This document shows positions 51,696 through 64,000 of a DNA stretch of 64,000 nucleotides, one piece after another. How positions within the stretch are numbered: position 1 is the first letter of the stretch; each line of letters opens with the position of its first letter. The notes beneath the pieces are model-generated. The model did no database searches, was not told the DNA's origin, and saw only the letters and a program-made list of their open reading frames with translations. A program made the translations under genes and the position numbers. The DNA is from Octopus sinensis (taxonomy: Eukaryota). Where the stretch lies: the NCBI RefSeq assembly GCF_006345805.1, contig NC_043006.1:76012001-76076000 (forward strand), in the 5' to 3' direction.

Positions 51696-53334
51696 GTGAA
51701 ATTTACTTGCTATTTAAATATGAAATATTTTGTTAATACCGATGAACATTATATCTATTTATTCACAGAAATTTTGTGCCATAAAAAACATTAATAAGCA
51801 CTATCTTGTCTATTAATCAATTCGAAAACCATAAATAAAATAGAAAGATTCTAGATTTTTGTTTTAAATTATGTTTCAACAGTTAAATCATTATAAATTT
51901 ACCTAGATACATAGTACTAGCAAATTGAAAGTGAATAAGTAGTGAAGGAAACTTTCTAATATGTGGTATGAGTTACCTTAAAACTAGAAGAGAATTCAGA
52001 GCAGGTCAACTTTTTGTCTATTTTAAGAAATTAGTTTCTTTATCAGGAGTTTACGGATTTGGACACACTTCGCGGCACACGACTTGCCTATTTCCTGTCG
52101 TAGCATCGGTTACAAAGTTTATATATGAACCTGGTAGGTGGAATCGATGTGATGGTTTGTCGGATAGATATGCGATACGAAATATCTATACGCTAAACAT
52201 TGTGCTACGCTCATTCTAGTGAAGTTTTACCTCAAAATCGGATATAATTAATGTTTTGACTTGCAGAAGGGTTATAAAGATATCCTCAATGCGACCTCAC
52301 AGAAAAATAGGATCAGCGTCGTAGTAAGCATCCTAGACATGTAAGAACCTTCTCAGCGAGTGAACTTGCCCAGACTGATAGGATCATTATTCTTTTACAG
52401 TTGCAAGTCAAAGACTGATCAAAACGAAAACGTTTTCGAAGAGGTAATTGTAGATATATGCTGTTATGAACCAAGAAACGACTGGTAGTACTGCTTCGTG
52501 GATGGTTTGAACGAAACTCAATATTTCTGGAAGAAAGAAAGATATATGAGAGATTCAGAATTTTCTGAGATTTTATACGTGACCAACTAACACGGAGGAG
52601 CAGAAGCTACTACTATCACAGTACAACAACCAGGGGAGAAGACTGCACAAATGAAAGCTAAAGCTTTAAGCGAAAAGATGTTTGATATAATATTTGAATG
52701 ATTATGGGAGAGACAGCTGTGTAAACTGCCAAACATGTAATTTTCTTTAAAGAACGTGGGCTGTGCCAATTGGAATCTAGATATCTTGACAAACTTACGG
52801 TCATTATACGATAATATCTGCCGATCCTTACTAGTTTCCTACCAAAATAACCATAGGAAACTCTTTATTATATATTCATTTACCTCACGTGTCAGTGCGA
52901 TAAATATTTAATTGCGATCAACAGTTCTGGTTTCAGAAGACGGAAAATTTCACCTGTAACGTTCTAAACTGTCATCACTCAGAGATAATACAGTTCATTG
53001 TACTTTAATTTATGGACGAGAGTAACGTAGAGATTTCAACCTACGCAACAAGGTTTTCCTTTGGTGCTGTAGTTGTGAAATTGAAGTAATATCATAATAG
53101 ATATCATAAGATAACTTGCATCTGCGTCTTCAAATGATTAATGAAACTGCTTTTCCATTAGTTAAACTATCTTTCTACGTATGGAAAGAAATGTTAAGGA
53201 TACTTCAGACTAAACAACAAGATCTACAGATAACACTGCACATTTTTTCGAGGTCAAATTTCACACGAAAATGCGACTTAAGCCAATTTTCTACATTTTG
53301 ATAATGTTTAAATAACTATTTTAACCACTATTAC

Positions 53335-53645
53335 TGCGGCTCAGTGATTACGGCGTCGGGCTCACGATCATGAGATAGTGAGTTCGATTCCCGGACCAGG
53401 CTGTGTGTTGTGTTCTTGAGCAAGACACTTTATCCACTTCACTCAGCTCTAGAAATGAATTGAGACGTCACTGGTGCCGAGCTGTATCGGCCTTTATCTT
53501 TCTCTTAGATAACATCGCTGGCCTGGAGGGTGGAGTCTGATATGCATGGGCAACTTCTGGTCTTGCATAAACAATGTTTCCCGGACATGTGCCTCGGAGG
53601 GGAACTTCCTATATGCAATCCCATGGTCATTCATAACCGATGGTT
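53335..53645 (+). mobile_element. tRNA-derived SINE (F3-related long form)
   Basis: GGCTCAGTGATTACGGCGTCGGGCTCACGATC...GAGTTCGATTCCCGGACC head; body homologous to 14258-14560. Confidence 0.8.
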
Positions 53646-54289
53646 TTTTTAAAACTTTTACTTTGAAGTAGGAAACAGCGATTAGTGAATGCATACAGAT
53701 GAACATCATTCGACCGGCAATACAATCCTGAAGCTCATTTGATTCGTTCTCATCAAGCAAATGAGCGTCAATTTATATACTACACGTGTGTTAGTGAGAA
53801 TCATTTTTGTATATGATAGACGTTGATTTCACATTGGCCCTTCATCGATAGAAAGAAAAGCCACTATGTAAAATATTAATGTAGAATCAATCATCCATAT
53901 CTTGCCGTCCTTTAACGTTTGAGCTTGAACTAAACTTACAAAAAGGATTTCATTGAAAAGCAAATAGAACCTATGCGTAAGTATATATATATATATATGA
54001 GTGTGTGTATGTGTGTGTTTGTGTGAGTGTATTACGTATGTATATGTATGTATGTATATATATATATAATATATATATATATATATACATGTGTGCGTGT
54101 ATATTTACTTATTTATTTACTCTTATTCAGCAGAAGTAACATAGTGACATAAAGTCCGAGAGTTTTATGCGTTGCTACTTATCAAACTAGTTACAGGTTG
54201 AAGGTCTACGTGGTTATATAGTTGTTGATAAATAAATAAATATATTTCCCTATGGAATGTTCTAGGACGAATTACAATAATGTCACGTG

Positions 54290-54584
54290 AAGTTATTCTT
54301 TGTTAAGCCTAGTACTTATCCTATCGGCCTCTTTTACCGATAGGACGCAAACACACCACCATCAGTTGTCAAGTGATGTTGGAGGGACAAACACAGAAAC
54401 ACAAATATATACACACACATACATATATACATATACATATATACAATGGGCTTCCTTCAGGTTCCGTCAACCAAATCCACTCACAAGGCTTTGGTCGGCC
54501 CGAGGCCATTGTAGAAGACACTTGCCCAAGGTGCCACGCAGTGGGAATGAACCCGGAACCATGGTGTTTGTAAGCAAGCTACTT
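54290..54584 (-). mobile_element. SINE F2 truncated at its head by the LINE insertion
   Basis: F2 body ends ...GTAAGCAAGCTACTT directly against the LINE 3' end. Confidence 0.85.
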
Positions 54585-54816
54585 TATTTCATATAATTTG
54601 CCATTTAGGCATTTACAAAGAGGAGACAAACAAGGACAGACAGATATAAAGGGTGAAATAGTTTAACACAGTTAAAATTTTCGAATGAAATTACGGATAA
54701 GATTATAAACAATGAATTTTACGAAGACAATGTTTAAAAATATTACTTAATGATCATGTCGAAGGACATACACCCAGCCATCCGGGTAGAACCTTTACTT
54801 TTTGATCCGGTCACAC

Positions 54817-57800
54817 TTACCTGGTGCCAAATATACCCAGCTTGCATGCCGCAGGCTTCCATCTTTTCACAAACATATCTCGTTACAGACACCTCTTCTC
54901 CAGCCTGATTTTGCTACTGAGGTGGTAACTAAAAAAGTTAATCAACACCTGGCCGGAGACAAAGGTGCCTGTCACTATACCTTTCGTGCGCGTCTTCCAT
55001 ACTGTTTCTTTCAGTATGGCTACTACACAGAAAAAACAAGCCTTTCTTTCCCTATTAAGGAAAGGAGGCGGCACAGTCACAATGATAGACTCAGCTGATA
55101 GCTGTACTCTTCCCATCATTGACAACAGTTGTTCGGCAAATGCTATCAGTCCCGATAACTCCGGACACTCCACGAATGCGTGCAAGACGGTTTCCCTATC
55201 CTGGTCACATCGCGGGCATGTCGGCGAGACGGCACTTCCGTGCCTTGACATCTTATCACGGACAGGTAAAGCCGCACGGAAACACTGCCAGGCCAGGGGT
55301 TTCTGGTAATTATCCAGATGCCCCGGCCCGAACGTCCTCCGGAACAGGTTGACCAACTGATTTTCATCGTAGCCCAGGGCTTCCCCTAAGACGTCTTCTG
55401 ACATAAGTTCCACTAACCCACTATAGAAATCCGTGGTGGAACTCCTGTTGCCGGCGTTGCCCGCCCGAGAGAGTAGCTGGAGCGCTTGACGGCACTCCAA
55501 ATGCCATTCACCCAGTTTAGGTCTCCGCTTGATCCATGTACCGATGTCCGTTAGGGATGTTAACTGGGGAAGGTGGAACCGGACGTGCGGTGACCACACC
55601 TGCTCTCCATCCAGGTAAAGCCAGATGTGCCTCAACCTTGACGCGAGTTTTCGCATCCTCAGCCAAGGCATCCCTAGCCCACCCTTTAGCGGTTTCTGGC
55701 AGCAGACAGAGCGCTTTACAAGTGGCTTTCCTCCTTTCCACAAAAAGCGGAAAAGGATTCTCTCCAACTTGTTCAGCCACAAATCGGGGCAAGGCACCAC
55801 TGTCAGACGGTAGGTGATTACTGATGCTACAAACATCTGCACCACCTCCGCTTTCCCTAGCAGGGATAACGCCCGCCCAGACCAGGTCTGGGTTAGAGCG
55901 GTCACCTTGCTGGCCACCTCACTCCAGGTTTTCTCTATCTGGAAGTCTGGACCAATCCAGACGCCGAGCAGCTTAACAGGACCTTCCGTCCAACGCCTCA
56001 CGACGTTATTGGACGGCATCGGCTTGCCTCTCCAGGTGCCGAGTTGCGAACCGACCGACTTGTCCTTGTTAACCTTTGCTCCTGCTACCGCCTCGTAGCT
56101 TTTGATGGCCTCTTCCACCACTGGAAGCTGGCCTTCGTCTGCCACGATGATGGAAGTGTCATCCGCATACGCCGTAGCTCCTCTTCCACATCATAGATCA
56201 TGCGGCGCGCCTCTTAGTGCCTCCAACTTCCGCAGCAAAGGCTCAAGAGCTAATACATATAGGAGCTAGGACAGGGGACACCCCTGACGAACTGAACGCT
56301 CGATCCTGAACGGCTTCGAAAAGAAACCGTTCTCCTTGACTACAGACTCGATGTCGCTATACAAAGCAGCGATCTAACCTCGAAAGGTCGGGCCTAGGCC
56401 AGCCTCTCCTAGGACCGCCGCCAAGTACCGATGGTCGACCCTATCAAATGCTTTAGACTGGTCTAAATGTACCAGTGCTACCCCTGCGCCAGAAAGCTTC
56501 CCCACCCTCTCTAAGGAGTAGCGTATAAGGTGGAGATTATCGTGGATCGCTCTGCCAGGGATAGCGCACGTTTGCGCTTCCCCGACAAGTTTGTTCACGA
56601 CCCGCGCCAACCTTTTTGCTAGCACCTTAGCCAGAATCTTTAACTCTGTGTTCAGCAGAGTTATGGGCCTGAAATTCCCTATCTCGTCCCCCTTGCTCGG
56701 GTCCTTCCTCATCAACGTCACCACCCCCCGGCTCGCAGACTTTGGAAATCTCCCATTCTGCTGCCAGTTGTCGTAGACGCTAGCCAGCAGGTGCCCGAAC
56801 AAGTCTGGCATACTTTTATAAAATTCATAGGGCAGACCATCGAGACCCGGCGACTTCTCCCCGGGGCACTTGCCCAACACCTCGATTACTTCCTCGGCTG
56901 TGATTGGCCCTTCAGAGCACTCAGTCTCTCGTGCCGAAAGACGTGAGCCACCAGGCAGGAAGTCCCTAGGCCTCACCATGATCCAGCGTCCAGCACTTCC
57001 CGAACAACTCGGCGAAGTGCTTGTGAAGTGCCTCACACATCTCGTCCTGCTTCTTGACCGTGCATCCGTTTTCATCAACAAGAGACCCAATTGTGGCATC
57101 GTTGCCACGCTGTGTTTCTATCGTACGGGCCCATCCGACAACATTAATTCCTTCACGGCCCAATGCTCGTACTTTAGCCCGAACTCTACATCCCTCATGT
57201 TTGGTTTTGAGATGACGGTCTAATGCAGTTCTCACCGCTAAAATGTAAGATGCAGAGCCCAACCTCAACGCCTCCTCTAAATTCTTAACTAGTTGCCCTT
57301 CTATTCTAGCCCTATCTAGTCTTAGTTGTTTACTAAATCTAATGGACTCGAATCGAATGGCTCTTTTGAGGGCAAACCACCACCGTTTGTTAACCACGGC
57401 TCCGGTTAACGCCCTCTGCACTAACTCCTTAATCCGGCTACGGTATGCCTCGCGAGTCAAAATAGACTTGTTCAGCTTCCAGTAGCCGGTTCCTATCTTA
57501 AGTGTGCTATCTATGTCCAGTCTACACTTGACCATTCTATGGTCAGTATAGGGCACCTGGACGAGCTGTGGACAACTAAAACTAGACTTATCTCTAGTTC
57601 TTTTCACTATCATGTATAGATAAGACTTGAACCTTCCGTCGCCACTCATCCAGGTCCACTCTGGGACGTTCGGATGGTCAAGTCTGTTACGATCTGCCAG
57701 TTGAAACCGCTTAAGCAGATCCACGAGAAGTGAGTTTACTTTCCTATGGATCGAGCCAACGCTATCGATGTGTACGTCAACGATAGCATTAAAGTCCCCT

Positions 57801-58219
57801 AACACCACTAAGGTCTTCGACGTCACGAGAAAGCCCTCTAGGCGCCGATAAAAATCAGTTTGGAAACCTCTAGCACAAGGTGCATAGAGTCCGATCGACC
57901 TGAAGGCCTTACTGATGTATGTCACATCAAGGACGACCAGCCCACCTTCTGGGTCCACATAGACTGTACTTGTCTGCAGAGCCAAGTCTTTACGGATCAG
58001 TACCACTACACTCCCTCGCCCTCCGGTCTGGCCAGGAGACATGATTTTCTCGTAGCCATTCAGGAGAGGCAAGAAGGTTTGTGGGCTGTCCACTTTGGTC
58101 TCAGTAGCAACCATCACATGTATATCATGTGATCTGAGGTCGTCGAGGAAACAAGCCTGCTTCTACTTCGAACTCAGACCACGAACATTTAAGCAACCAA
58201 GGCCATTAAGAGAAGCCAT
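54817..58219 (-). pseudogene. ORF2: APE endonuclease plus reverse transcriptase, several stops and frameshifts
   Basis: CLNVRGL, ETK, GDFNA, YTDH (APE); KSPGLDGLPYEFY, FRPITLLNTELKILAK, DQSKAFDRVDH, QGCPLS, AYADD (RT); CPRCDQDRETVLHAFVEC; ORF-track pieces 56966-58117, 56374-57108 and 54883-56145. Confidence 0.93.
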
Positions 58220-58302
58220 TACAAAAAGTAAAAGTTCTACTTACATTTCGTTGGAGAGGTTGAGGCCGACCTCACCACACATTTGTGGGCCCCTTCTTTC
58301 TC

Positions 58303-59689
58303 CTACTTCTTCAGATAGTCCGGCAAGTTCGCCATACACCGGATGGCCTCTGGGCGTCGGTCTTTTAATTGTTTGAACACTATTTCCTCAATCCACGCAC
58401 ATCTTTCGTTTAGATCTTTGTGTTTGTTGTACAGTCTTGCTGTGTGATGCGGAACCACAACACCGTTTATATATTTGTTTCGTGTATCATATTTAATTAA
58501 TATGAGTTCATTTTTTTCGTCTTTTTTTTGGTGGGGGGGGGGCAGTTGAGCGGGATTTCTTTTTTGGTGCCTGTGGTGTGTCTTTGTTTTTATTATTTTT
58601 TGTATGGGACGTGGACGGGGATGATGCACGAGTTCTTTTACGAACAGTTGTAAATCCCTCCTCTGATACCTCCATGGTATCGTCTGGGGTAGTAATATTT
58701 CGTTCAGTAGGCGCCGCAGTTTTTAAGGGGGTGGGAAGTTTTAATAATGTAGAGGTTTGTGTGTGCAAGGGCTGGGTTTTTTGTCAGTTTGTTTTGGGGT
58801 TGGCACCCTAACAGCAGGAGTGGGACTTTTTGTTTTTGTAGGGGTTGCTGAGTTTGCAAGGGTAGGGATTTTTTTTATTATCTGAGGGGCCTGGTGTCTG
58901 CGGTTTCTTTTGCTTGTCTGGACAGTCTACACAAATGTGGCCCTTTTTGCCGCAGGCGTAGCAGGTGGGTTTTCGGCCTTCGACCTGTACCTTGAGAGCC
59001 ACATTCTCGCCCACGAGCACCCTCTCAGGAAGGACCTGCAGGCCCTCCTGTGTTCCTTGAATTATTACATTAATGTCTCGCCCAAGCCAATATTGAGGGG
59101 CAGAGCATGTTACCTGTAATATTTTAATTTTGTCCGTCCTTTTATTTCACAGGGCGGCCACTACCTCTACAGGATCTACTTCCGGCGGTGCTTCTGCAAT
59201 CCTGACCCGGAACGACCTGCGTCCCCTATAGGTTAGCAGAAGTACCACCTCCTTGGTTTTTAGGGGATTCACAGAATGCCCGCGGGCCACCTCTTCCCTC
59301 GAGAAGCGGACCTCCACAGTGCCATATGGCCGTCCCCTGGCGACGTACACAATTTCCTTCCAAATCGAGGACAGGCATTTCTCGATAGTATTCTTTTCAA
59401 AGTGTTTGAACCTTCTGCTTTGTGGACAGAAGGTTTTAAACAATACGGTCCACTTCTCGGTCTCCACGATACTGGCGGAGGGTGATATTTTAAGATCACC
59501 ACCCTCCTCTTTCATTCCTTTAAATAACTCGACGAGCTGATTGACATTGATGTCAATGTTCTCGGTTGCCACTGCGGCTACCGCAGAAATTTTTTTACTA
59601 CAGTTATCAACATTGCTCTCCTCAAGAGCACTATTTTCGTGAATAATCTCAACAGACATTATTCTGTTGAAATTAGTAATAGACAACAT
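58303..59689 (-). pseudogene. ORF1 (gag-like, RRM-like region plus zinc knuckle), frameshifted
   Basis: ORF-track pieces 59147-59689, 58808-59020 (CYACGKKGHICVDC), 58508-58768 and 58303-58629. Confidence 0.85.
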
Positions 59690-60131
59690 AAAAAATACAA
59701 ATATTGGTTTCCCACAAAACTAGGAAACCTATAAAAAATTTTTCTTCCAAAGCAGTTCAATGAGTGGTAAAAAGCAGTTTAAAAATTAAGTTTAATTCCC
59801 ACCCCCATTCGGGGGAGGGGCACGAAAATAGACTGGCAAGATTATATACAGTCACGTAGATAAAAAAAGCCACAATGGCTAACAGTTCAACAGTAACAAA
59901 TTATCCAATTATTCCCCGGTAAAACCGGGGAACAGGAAAGTTCAACAACGTTCAAAAACAAATTTTCAGTAGTAAAATTCAACAAGTTCCAGATGGTACG
60001 AAGTAATATTAACAACACAGCAAAACTCTTACCGGGAAGAAAAAGCGTCCAAACAGTATTAAGGTAAGCAAAGTCACTCGTCAGTCAGTGAGGTTAGCAA
60101 CATATATACATACATATATAAACATAAATAT

Positions 60132-60183
<52 letters not shown>

Positions 60184-60191
60184 ATACAAAC

Positions 60192-60228
<37 letters not shown>

Positions 60229-60261
60229 CATATATACATATATATACATATACATATATAC

Positions 60262-60293
<32 letters not shown>

Positions 60294-60302
<9 letters not shown>

Positions 60303-60522
60303 GAAAAAAAATTCAGAATGCTGGATGGTTGTAAAAATATATATTTTCATTTACATATCATATTATTACTTCATATTAGCGCTTTCAACTACTCCTGTAG
60401 TTACTGATGAAACTACAGGAGTAGTTGAATGCGCTAATATGAAGTAATAATATATGATGTGTAAATAAAAATATATATTTTTACAACCGTCCAGCATTCT
60501 GAACATCTTTTTTCTTTCATAT
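60294..60522. repeat. Inverted repeat, ~110-bp arms, 8-nt loop ACTGATGA, embedded in (TA)n
   Basis: ...TTCAACTACTCCTGTAGTT ACTGATGA AACTACAGGAGTAGTTGAA... Confidence 0.92.
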
Positions 60523-60567
60523 GTATTAAATCTGTACATCATCCCCAATACTTCTAACATATATATA

Positions 60568-60631
<64 letters not shown>

Positions 60632-62127
60632 ACAACTAACGAAACACTAAGATTGATACTTTTGCTTTTTATTTTCATGTTGTAAATACAACTCGTATTG
60701 TACTGGGACACAGAGCAATACTATGAAGGTGTCAGGGGAGAGCTGCATGAATCAACAAAAGCGGTATTTTATGAAATCTGAAGGTTTGAATCAAGAAGGT
60801 TAAGGAACCATTGTAGACACACCGTAGTGTTCCTGCCAATTAGGCGTCTGTATGTTTCAAAATATAAGACCCTTCTCTTGGAATTTAAAAATGAATCATA
60901 ATGGATGTTATACTTCTGATGATTAAACAGAACATTCTGTGATCTACAGAGATCATATGATTGCGCAAATTAACGTTTAAATGTAAATTAGGCAGGAAAT
61001 GTATGTGAGTTAATGAAATGTGTATACACATCTGCATCTAAAACGATAGAATTCTGAATTAACTTACAAAGAAGATATTATCTCAAGAAAAGAATCTCTC
61101 TTTCATAGAATAAGCCACTCTCCAAAAAGCATACTTCTCTGTATCTAAAGTCAAGAATGTTTTTATTGAATGAATTCATTTATGTTAACTTATATCCAAG
61201 TTTTGACACGGGATCTAATATAAATCTTCAATTGTTGTAAGGAAGCATCGAAAAAAATGTAATTTTTGAGTTGTGAGTGAGGTATTATTTATAATTGAAT
61301 CGTATAAAGAAAGAATTATTCGAAAGTATTTCATCAAAGTTTAATGGTACTTGACCTTGCTTTATAAATGTATTCCATACTTTGACTGCATTACGTTTTG
61401 TAACGTTCATAATCTATAGGAATCTCTTAGTAGTGTAATATATTGACTACGATTCCATTTATTTCCAAGTATGGTCTTTTCTCTCAAACATTCTGTATAG
61501 TTTAGTTATGATTTGCATTACGTCAAAAGAAAAAAAAATATTAGTTTATTATTATATATAGTTTTGCCCTCGAGGAAAAGTACGATGCCGTTGCTACGTT
61601 CTCATTTTTCGAAAACAATGAATACAGTCTTTGCAATTAAATATTATCTCAAAATATTTAACTGTAAGACAATTTCCGAGAAATCGGGTGGATGAATAAG
61701 TATCTAAAACAAATATCCAGATGATCTATTCAACAAAACAATTATTCTAAGGAAATACGCAGACACACAGCAGGTGTTAATATACGTATTGGAAGAACAT
61801 CCAGCGGGCGTTAGTTCGTTGTTTGAAAGTTACTATAGTGATTCACCTACGACGAATTATTCAACAAAATCTAATAAAAATAACATATAAGCTGTATGAC
61901 AACTTATGTAACAGCATAGGTCCCACGGGTGAATAAACTATGCTAAAAGAGACGTCATGTCCGCATGTCATATGTACGTGTGTGTGTGTGGGTGGTGGGT
62001 GTAGGTTTGACTTCGCAAATGCAGATACATATATATTGTCTTCTCTATCAAAGACAAGAATGTAAGGTAATATACTCTATGTTAACAAGATCTCACATTT
62101 TACCTATTCTGGTAATTCCTTGGAAAG

Positions 62128-62137
62128 TTAAGTTATA

Positions 62138-62194
<57 letters not shown>

Positions 62195-62244
62195 TATATA
62201 TTATATATATATATTATATATATATATATATGTATATATATATG

Positions 62245-62302
<58 letters not shown>

Positions 62303-62400
62303 ATATGTATGTATGTATATATATATATATATGTATATATAGTATATATATATATGTAATATATAAATATATGCATATATACATACACATATGTACATAC
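62128..62400. repeat. (TA)n-rich microsatellite
   Basis: Direct observation. Confidence 0.95.
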
Positions 62401-63240
62401 CTACATATATATGTGTATATGGGTACAGGACATAAAAAAAACGTTGAAAGCAATGAGAAACGAACACATAAAAACAAAAACATAGAAAACGAACTTTTTT
62501 CGAACATCGGAAAAAAAACAAACAAAAAGAGAAACGAGACATGCAACATATAGAATATTCCCCTTCATCTGTTGTCCCTGTTTCCACCCCTCCGCGTCGA
62601 AGACAAGGACAATACGTGACTTCGTTGAAACAGTCCTTCCCGCAAACCAAATTAAATAAAATTTGGGATTTTTTGTGGAGGGTGAAAGTGTTAACAAGAA
62701 CAGGAGAGTGAAAACAAGACAGTGAAAACAAACGGCGATGGCTATTAAGCCAAGAAGATAGAGAAATTATTATGATTGCTAGGAGGACGAGCTTATGAGA
62801 GGAGACAGGTATAAACACGTGTTGTCTTTAGGAAGGTAATGGGCAGAAAGATAGATTTCCTTTCGTCACGTGTCAGCAACAAGAGAATCAAACAGGAAGA
62901 GTGAGAGAGAGGGAGCTGGGAAGATGAGAGGAGAAGAATAGGGAAGGCTAGGAGAGAAAACCAGAAGGGATGAAGAACAAGAGAGGTGATAGTAGAGATA
63001 GAAGAGTGTGCATCGTAATTATTACGATAAAACTTACTCGGAAAAGGATGTGTGGCGTTCGATCATATTATGATATAAATAATATATAAATATATGCATA
63101 TACATACATAAATATATGTGCATACCTACATATATATGTATATATACATGCATATACTGGTACAGGACATCAAAAAAACCTTGAACACAATGAGAAACGA
63201 AAACATAAAAAACAAAAACATAGAAAACGAACTTCTTTTA
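62360..63240 (-). mobile_element. Family A element as a partial tandem (period ~737 bp)
   Basis: GGTACAGGACAT...AATGAGAAACGAA...AAAACATAGAAAACGAACTT at 62422 and 63159. Confidence 0.8.
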
Positions 63241-64000
63241 TTTATATTTATATTTATAGTTATGTGTGGGTGTGTGTACAAGCGCGCGCGTATGTGTGCG
63301 CGTGTGTGTGTGTAGTTTTCAAATTTAATAAGAACTTCTGAATATTACCATTAATGAAATTATGATGAGATAACTTTTAAATTTAAAATGCTAAGCATTG
63401 TTTAATTGCTGAAAAATTTTAAAGCGTGATATTGTTTTGTTAACATTTTAAAACACTTGCGATTTTTGTCAAGGTATCCTCCATGTTCAGAACAGAAAGC
63501 GCTTTCTTTAACCTTACAATTATTACTTTAAATTCTGTGTGTTAACTGAGATGATGTAATTATATACAACTTCAGGGAAAAAGAACGTATCTATCGTAAT
63601 GAAATTTTAAAACACGAAGTGTTAAATTGAGAAGTATAAAAAAAATATCCGGTGTATTGCAGGATTATTTAATTTACGTTATTTCTGATTAATTATTATT
63701 GAAATTCTCTAAAGTATAGAGCTAATGCGTTCTTCTTTAATAATTAAACATATAAGAAAATATTCAGTGGGTTTCATTGCAGCTTATTATAAATGATTTG
63801 TTTTCGAAATATTACTTGCTAAGCTGAATGTAATTTTTGCATTCAACTGCTGTATTAAACAGATATTTAGTTTTAATTGCTTTCAGATAATCGAGGAGGC
63901 TGTGATTAGAATTTGCGTTAGATTAATTACATCCAAAAGAAAATTTTTATTGTATTCTTCTTAACTGTTGCTGTCCTTGTGATAATCTTACATCTTATAC

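Larger units (their letters stand above)
54585..60090 (-). mobile_element. Near full-length Tx1/L1-clade non-LTR retrotransposon
   Basis: 5'UTR, ORF1 with CCHC knuckle, ORF2 with APE endonuclease, RT and C-terminal Cys motif, 3'UTR ending AATAAA; the 5' boundary is approximate. Confidence 0.92.

Noticed and set aside
60064-60071. GTAAGCAA as a TSD for the large LINE (also at 54570-54577)
   Set aside because: The left copy is followed by further SINE consensus (GCTACTT) and the right copy is not followed by the SINE head; probably chance

Overview
AT-rich eukaryotic non-coding DNA, most likely from a cephalopod (Octopus-like). That assignment is an inference from the tRNA-derived SINE families and the very dense (TA)n/(CA)n/(GA)n/(GATA)n microsatellites. 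No intact host gene is evident, and most ORFs in the supplied track are microsatellite artefacts. Recognisable coding sequence is all transposon-derived and disrupted: a near full-length Tx1/L1-clade LINE (minus, ~54.6-60.1 kb), an ORF1-only Tx1-like derivative (15.7-16.9 kb), a full-length mariner fossil (49.07-50.36 kb), an R4/Dong-clade LINE 3' part (30.0-31.3 kb), two nested CR1/L2-group 3' ends (~40.0-40.9 kb), a Penelope-like RT/GIY-YIG fossil (21.5-22.7 kb) and a Tc1/mariner HTH fragment (~32 kb). At least four SINE families are present in dozens of copies. The most interesting signals are: (1) a 777-bp tandem, Penelope-pLTR-like unit carrying all three hammerhead-ribozyme strands in a non-canonical (permuted, pseudoknotted) order; (2) two different Tx1-like elements inserted at the same nucleotide of the same SINE family's tRNA-like head; (3) a 3' tail shared between that LINE and the commonest SINE; (4) at least seven long foldback hairpins, two with hammerhead core words in the loop; (5) a weak chain of short candidate exons at 47-52 kb. 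Some frameshifts may be assembly errors.
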